Assembly (NCBI GenBank): GCA_964406665.1
Contig: CAYOSQ010000001.1
Location: 135,412 to 199,411 of the forward strand
Reading direction: 5' to 3'
Length of the DNA: 64,000 nt
From: an uncultured Planctomycetia bacterium
Lineage (GTDB): Bacteria > Omnitrophota > Gorgyraeia > VGKH01 > JBHPFN01
The notes below the pieces were generated by a model. The model was not told the origin of the DNA. It was given only the letters and a program-made list of their open reading frames with translations, and made no database searches. This document shows positions 37,910 to 44,600 of the stretch, in pieces. The stretch's first letter is position 1; every line of letters begins with the position of its first letter. A program made the translations under genes and the position numbers.

Positions 37910-38290
37910 ATGCAAGAAGAACAATATAGAAAAAGAAATTTCTCCAGAAGTTTTTCCCACGCGCTGCGCGGATTGATAACAATATGGAAAACTCAGCATA
38001 ATGCCCGACTTATTCTTATTATTGCTGTTGGTGTAATTGCTGCGGGAATAATAATGCAGATAAGCAATATCGAAATGATGATAGTACTTTTATCTATTGG
38101 TCTTGTGTTTGTTGCTGAAATATTTAATTCTATGGTTGAAGAAACAATTGATTTAATTCTTCTTTTACACTTAGAGAGAATAAAAGTTATCAAGGATATG
38201 GCAGCTGGTGCTGTCTGGATAGCATGCATAATATCAGTGGTAGTTGGTTATTTTGTTTTTATAAAACGCATAATTACTCTTTTGATGTAA
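37910..38290 (+). CDS. dgkA: Diacylglycerol kinase (DgkA)-family small membrane kinase
   Basis: 126 aa with 3 TM helices. IFNSMVEETIDL corresponds to the DgkA ALNSAIEAVVD motif. Confidence 0.6.
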   Translation: MQEEQYRKRNFSRSFSHALRGLITIWKTQHNARLILIIAVGVIAAGIIMQISNIEMMIVLLSIGLVFVAEIFNSMVEETIDLILLLHLERIKVIKDMAAGAVWIACIISVVVGYFVFIKRIITLLM

Positions 38291-38360
38291 CCCTTGCCTT
38301 AAAAAAACCTTCCGTTTATTTCTTTAAAGAAAGCGCTTTTATTTTTTGCCTTCTAACCTA

Positions 38361-38388
38361 TTGAAATCCAGAAAAAATATAGTATACT
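38361..38388 (+). promoter_or_regulatory. Sigma70-like promoter TTGAAA-N16-TATACT driving the second riboswitch and giant gene
   Basis: CTATTGAAATCCAGAAAAAATATAGTATACTTTCATTGG. The -10 ends about 35 nt upstream of the aptamer. Confidence 0.4.
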
Positions 38389-38424
38389 TTCATTGGAAAA
38401 ATGTCGATAAATCCTTAACGGAAC

Positions 38425-38535
38425 TCCGCAGTTTGCGGAGAGGCAAACCATTTGTAAGAGTGGGACGCAAAGCCACGGGTCTCACAATTAATAATTAATT
38501 GTGTTTATTTGAGGCGGCCGGGTTGCCGAAAGGTA
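38425..38535 (+). promoter_or_regulatory. c-di-GMP-I (GEMM) riboswitch in the 5' leader of the 2900-aa giant protein gene
   Basis: RNA reads ...CUCCGCAGUUUGCGGAGAGGCAAACCAUUUGUAAGAGUGGGACGCAAAGCCACGGGUCUCAC...GAGGCGGCCGGGUUGCCGAAAGG. Its 5' half matches the V. cholerae Vc2 aptamer GGCAAACCAUUCGAAAGAGUGGGACGCAAAGCC at 30 of 33 positions, and the 3' half conserves GGCCGGGUUGCCGA. The putative translation start is about 110 nt downstream. Confidence 0.8.
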
Positions 38536-38646
38536 AAAAATGGATACCTTTATGTAGCCCAGTCGTTTTTTTATTGAAAATTTCAAAAGGAGAGCTAAAT
38601 AAGCTATAAAAATACATAAAACTCTGAAAGGGTCAGGGGGCAAGTA

Positions 38647-41600
38647 GTGGTTTCTATAAAAAAGTGGGGAAAATTGCGGAACAGATGTATGAGTGTGTTT
38701 ATTGCACTCATTTTTTTATTCAATTCACTTACCCCTGCATATGCCTGGAGGCCAGGTAATCGTGGTGAACAAAGTGCGCTTGAATCTTTCGCGGCCGGAA
38801 GTCTTTCCGGAGGAATATCAGCCCTTACCATAGCTATGAATCCTATTGCTGGTGCACTAAGCAGCATAGCTTCAAATGTAGCCAGTACGGTTGTATATTA
38901 CAATGATTATGACAGCCAGAGCAAGCCTTGGTTTGATCTAAAGCTTTTTATTTTCTGGGGTCCTAAGATAAAAACATTTACCAAGGCGGAAGCAATAGGT
39001 ATGATTGCCGGTATTGTAGTTGGTGCTGCAGCAGGGTTTGTTGATGGAGCCATAACTGGAAATTCTGAAGAAATAGCAGCAGATGCTGCAGCTGATACTG
39101 GTTCTACGGCAGTTGTAGGCACAACCATTGGTTCTGTGGCAACAGCTGCCAGTCAAAGCTTTTTTAATAGCATGCTCAACGTTTTAACCAATATCGGTAA
39201 CTGGGTATGGAAGAATATGATTGTTGCTTCTTATAAGAACGCCAAAGAGATTTTATTAAGCCCAATAAAGACTATCATCAAAATTGTAAAGAACTTCAGT
39301 AAGATCATGCGAAGGTCCTGGGATTTATCTTTGTCTCTAGTGAAATCATTGGCTAAAACTCCAGTTGTTATCGCTAAAAATATTAGTAAAATCGCTAGGT
39401 CTATCTATAAAACTGCTTACAAGACAGCAGAGGTATCTTTGCGTTTAGCAAAGGCGTTTGTCTGGAATATACCTACAGGAATGCTCAAAAATGCATATTC
39501 TATGCTTAAGGCAACTTTTAACACTCTTACATCGGGATCATTCTGGAGCAGGACGTTTAATACTGTAGGCAGTAAGGCAGGAGCTTTGTTTAGAACACTC
39601 AGAGGCGCAGCTTCTTCTGTAGCAAAAAACATCGAACAGCTCTTTACTCAACCACTCAGTATTACCTTAAAGAATATAGGAAGGTGGCTTAAAGAGTTAC
39701 CTGTTAATTCAATTAATAGGATAAAAACGCTGGCTAAAAAAATTGGACAGAGAATAAAAAATGTTTCTCAAGCCACCAGATTTACAAATCCTTATTATCA
39801 ATATGGTGCCTTAGGGATAAAAGGGCTTCCGGCGTTTTTTGTCCAGCTTGCAGCAGACATAACTTCTGCAATGTACAGAGCTGCTTTTCAAGATGCAACT
39901 AAGGAAATTCTTGAGAAAAAACTTGGTCTGGATGAAAGCATTGCAGAGATCGCCGCAACAGAACTGATTAATAAATTTGCCGCTAAAACAATCAATCATA
40001 ATATTCTTAAAGCATTCGGCTCTGCTTTTGGCTGGGGCATAACCGCATACGGTGGTTTCATAACCGGCGAGATGCAAGAGCGTCTAAAATCAATCGAAGA
40101 GCATGGAAACAACGGAATAGAAGTGCAGGGTATAGTCGTCTCAGAAGATTCTTCTAGTCCAGATACATCAACCCAAGCCTATAACATAAAACTCAAACAG
40201 CTTGTTGGCGCAGGTGCTTTATTAAAAGATGGCACCTGGGTAAGACTTAGTGATGTTGAAGATGCCTCAGAGATAGTAGGCATAGCTGTAGCAACCGATC
40301 GAGGTGTTATCTTAATTGAACCTAATGTAAATATCATCAGCGCAGTTCAGGGATACAAGCAGGCTTTTATACAGGTAGCCAGATTATATATGAGTACCAT
40401 ATCTATGCCTGCTTCACTGAATCAACCAAGTCAAGATGGTGCTTTATCTATGTTGGTTAAGATAGGTGTACTAAAGCTCTTAAGTTACGGTAGTGGCCAT
40501 AGGGGATCATTGGGTAAGATCTGGAAGAAAAAGATAGCAGAGTTAATAGGTAAGCTTGCATCAGAATCTGCAGACAGTCCTGTGCCATCAGAGGAGCAAC
40601 TTGCAGCTTCAGATGAAAGTGAAAAAACCGAAGAGTCTCGGGAAGAAGCTGTAGAGGTTGCTAGCGCTGAATCCGGGGCATCAGTCCAAGATCAAGAAAG
40701 CTCCTCTGAAGAATCATCATCAGAAGAATCTGCGTCAACTGGCAGGAGAGAGCTTGTGTTAGAAAGCATTTCTGATTCATTTGATTCAAGTGGTAGATAT
40801 AATCCTCAAGCACATCTTTTGCCTTTTGGTGACCATCCTTATGGCGGCGATGGAGGAGGTTCCGATGAGTCTGACGAATCCGGAGAAGAAGATGATTCTG
40901 TGGTTTCAAGCTTTAGCTTCGAAGGAGAAACATTTACATTTGATGATCTAAAAAAAGTAGGAAAAATTTATAGAAGTGGTAGAAAAACAGGGATTTTTAT
41001 TTCTAATGCTATTAGAAATGGTGGAGGCTTACTTTCAGGCGGTGAAGATGAAGAAAGCATTGAGAGCGACGGCGTTATTTATACCAAGGTTGAAAATAGA
41101 GAAGTTATGATTATAGATTTAGAAACAGGAGAGATTAAGCACTTGACTGGTTCTGTAGGAGTCGTTCTTGTTACCCTTAGCGATGGATCTTCCTATTTTG
41201 CATTAGTGGATTTCGTGCAGTTGAAAAAAGATATTCAGGAGAGAAATAATTTTACTGACAGGGGAACTGAAATTTTAGCTTTTCTTCCACAGCCACTAGA
41301 AGAAATAAAGCCCCTACCCCCAAAGGAAGAAGAACAAGAAGAGCAGCCACAACTTCCCGAGCCAGTACATAAGAGAGAAGTTACTGTGGGAGGATCAGCT
41401 GTAACGGCTGCTTCAGAAGAGAGTTTTGATGAATCTGATGAATGGGGAGAGGTTACGCTGAGGCCTGAACCACAAACTCCTGAAGAAGAGCAGGAAGCAG
41501 AAGATAGAAAGGGCGGAGAGCGATTTAGTGTTGATTTAGCAGATGTCCCCGGAGCAGCGCTAGATGTTGGAGAGGCAGTTGTAAAAGTGCCTTTTGGGGT

Positions 41601-44600
41601 AGTAAAAGGAGTTGGCGGTCTTGCTGGATCTTTGCTTGGTCTTAAGAAAAAAACTCCAGCAGAATTAGCACGTGAGGCTGCAGAAGATGAAATTAAAATA
41701 GGGGAGCAGATTTTAGAGGAATTTAATGATTCAGATTCTGAAATTACTATTTCAGTAGATAATGAAGGAACTTCAGGAAGGTGTGGTGGTGCTTGTAGGC
41801 TTGAGGTTGATGATCCTTATGAAAGACCTTATCCGGAATATGAACATACTGGAAGATGTTTAAAAAGAGCCCTAGGAAGAGACCCTCAAAGAGCTAACCA
41901 GCTTAAAGCAATGATTAAACAGGTTGTTGCTTTAGGCAATGAGCTTATCGGTGATCCTAAGTTTCGTATTAAACATGTTAAGTTTACTGATAAATTTCCT
42001 TCCCATGCCAATTATTATACTAATACAATTTACCTTAATGTTGATGATTTTCTTTTGGGTTCACACAAAATAAAATACGATGAAGAAGGTTGTGCATCTG
42101 GGTTATGTTCTGAAGAAAGTGCTGGGGAACTTACACATCATGAAGCTTCCCATTTTATTGTTGATAGCAATGTTGATTTACAGCTTGATGAAGTTTATGG
42201 AAAACTTCTTGTTATGATGCAGGGTATTCCGGGATTTGCCCTTATGCCAGGTTCTCGACACACAGCACATCATTATTCAAAGACTAATCAAGAAGAATTT
42301 GCTGCAACGGGATTGGAACCGATTGTTAATTCTGGCAAAGGCAGTGCTTTTGCTGATTCAGTCCTAGCTTGGAAGCGTCGCGGTGATCCTAAGGCAGATG
42401 TTGCAGGTAATTTATATGTAAAATTTTCCCAGGATATTGCCGGACTTGAAGCTGATGAACGAGTGACTGCTCTTTATCCTCCGGGCAGTTTTGAATATAA
42501 AACTCCTGATAATTTAGATCATTATGTGCGCGAGGTGCTTTTAGATAAAGGTTTAGCTGAGCTTGTTAGAGAAAATATTTATTATGGATTTCATGCGGCG
42601 ATGCTTCATGCCCCGGATGCATTAATGGCTTCTTTGGAAAAAGTTATAAACGATCCGTCTTTAACAGCAAGTGATGTTCATACAATATTGGTTGGTTTAA
42701 ATGCTATAGATAAAAACTATAATAGTGAAAACTCTGTTGGTTTAAATTTATCGCGCATGTATCCTCATATGTTGCGCTTGATTGCTGATATGCAAAATGC
42801 AGTTAATCAGGGATATCCTAAGGAATCAGTTGGCAAAGTTGCTCCTTTAAGAAATGCTTCAGGAGAAGAGTTAGGCAGGATCGAATTTTCTGATATGGAT
42901 ATGATTAAGGGAAGCCATTTCTTCCAGTGGATGATACAGAATATTCCTAATATGGAAAACGGAATAAATCTGGATATCGCATTAAGCTTGTTGAACTCTC
43001 TCGATCCCGAGGGCGGCAATTCACGCGAGCAGTTGCGCAGCGCTTTAGCAGGGATCGAAATACCTGCTTTTGCTACAAGATTCAATTTGTCTCAATTGAG
43101 CTCTAGCGATCTTCAGCAGATGGACCCTGTTGAATTTATTGCAGGTTTAATCCGCGCCCAGCAATCTATGGATGCATTATCAGCTAATGAAGATTTTGCA
43201 GCAGAATTAGGTGGTAAAAGAATAGTTCTTAAAACTGGAGAGGCAAGAGATCTATTGCATTCTTCTAACGATGCATCTGAGCCGATTTCTATCGGAATTG
43301 ATCTGGCCAAAGATCAAAACCAGCTAGTAGCTGAGGCAATAGCAGGTGCAGGTTTAATCCTTGCGCCGAATCTACTTTTTTCCGATGAATTTAAACAGGT
43401 TCTCTCAGAGAATTCATTTACAGATATTTCTATATTGTTTAATCAAGATGGTAGTTTGGTTCAGCGCGGTGATTCTCAGGAGCTATTTCGAGTTTTAATA
43501 CCTGCATATGTATTGCATGGTGAAGATTTTGTTAATTACATTGAAAGTTATAAGGGTAAAAACCCAGATGCTTATAATACATTGTTGAGAGCCTTCGTTT
43601 TAATTCGTGAGCAAGTTTTTAAAGGGCACACATTTTTGGAAAATGGGGTAGACCCTTTTGCAGGAACCAAGTTAGGAGATATACCTGCAGTAACAGAGTT
43701 TAATTTGCAGAATTGGTTAAATGGTATTTTAAGACAAGAAGGCTCGGGATCATCTTCTTCAGATTCAACAAATATTAAAACTGGCTCACTTAATTTAGAG
43801 AGTAGTCATCAGAGTCGAGAACTTGTATTAGCAAGTGCTATGGATTCATTCAGCATGCAGGATAGATACAATCCTCAGGCACATCTGTTGCCCATGGAGC
43901 CACATCCAGTATCAGCCTCGGGAGAAGAATCTCAAGATCCTGTTGGGTCTATTACTGCAGGAGAATTTGCTCAATTTGGTCATATCTTGCGAAATAAGAT
44001 TTTACCAGACCTACAGTTAAGAGAAGAGTTCTTGCAAGAAGTAGTTAGTGCTCTTGAAACCGGAAATATGCGAATGCTTTCACTAGTGTTTAATACGACT
44101 GCTAACTTCTCTGATGTCTCAGAAATAGTTCATAGGCCAATGATTGAACATATTGCTTCGATGTCATCTTCTCAAGTAGAGAGGCTAGAATTTACTGATC
44201 AGATTATTCAAGGCTTACAGCAGAATAATAGGTTCAGCGCAAAACTAAAACAAGTTATCAGGGATCCGCGATTCGCTAAATCTGCAGATAAGCTTTTAGG
44301 TGTATTGTTTAAGTTTGATCCTGAAACATCCGGTATGATCGCCGCGGAGTTAGGAAATCATTATATCTGGAATTTACTGGATACTAAAGAGCGGCAACAG
44401 CAGCGCGATAGTGTTGATCGTTTTCTTAAAGATTATGGCTGGGAGATAGGCATGTGGGGATATGATCAAGATTTTTTATGGGAACCGAGTTTGACAACTG
44501 GTTCTCTTGACGGCCATAGTAGAAGATGGCTTAGAGTACCAATCAAAAGATCTTTTAATTTCAAAGAAGGAGGTTGGAGTGAAGAAAGTAGTCATGGCGT

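Noticed and set aside
38907-39156. Antisense and alternative-frame ORFs inside the giant gene (e.g. 38907..39128, 38938..39156, 39417..39632, 40661..40909, 42807..43085 and others in the six-frame track)
   Set aside because: All lie wholly inside the long, motif-supported + strand ORF, are short and low-complexity, and have no RBS. They are treated as spurious.
40560-40920. Repetitive Ser/Glu/Asp-rich stretches (SSSEESSSEESAS, DESDESGEEDD) flagged as possible DNA-level tandem repeat or CRISPR-like array
   Set aside because: They are in-frame low-complexity coding sequence with imperfect codon-level repetition. There are no regular repeat-spacer units and no cas genes. No CRISPR array is present anywhere in the window.
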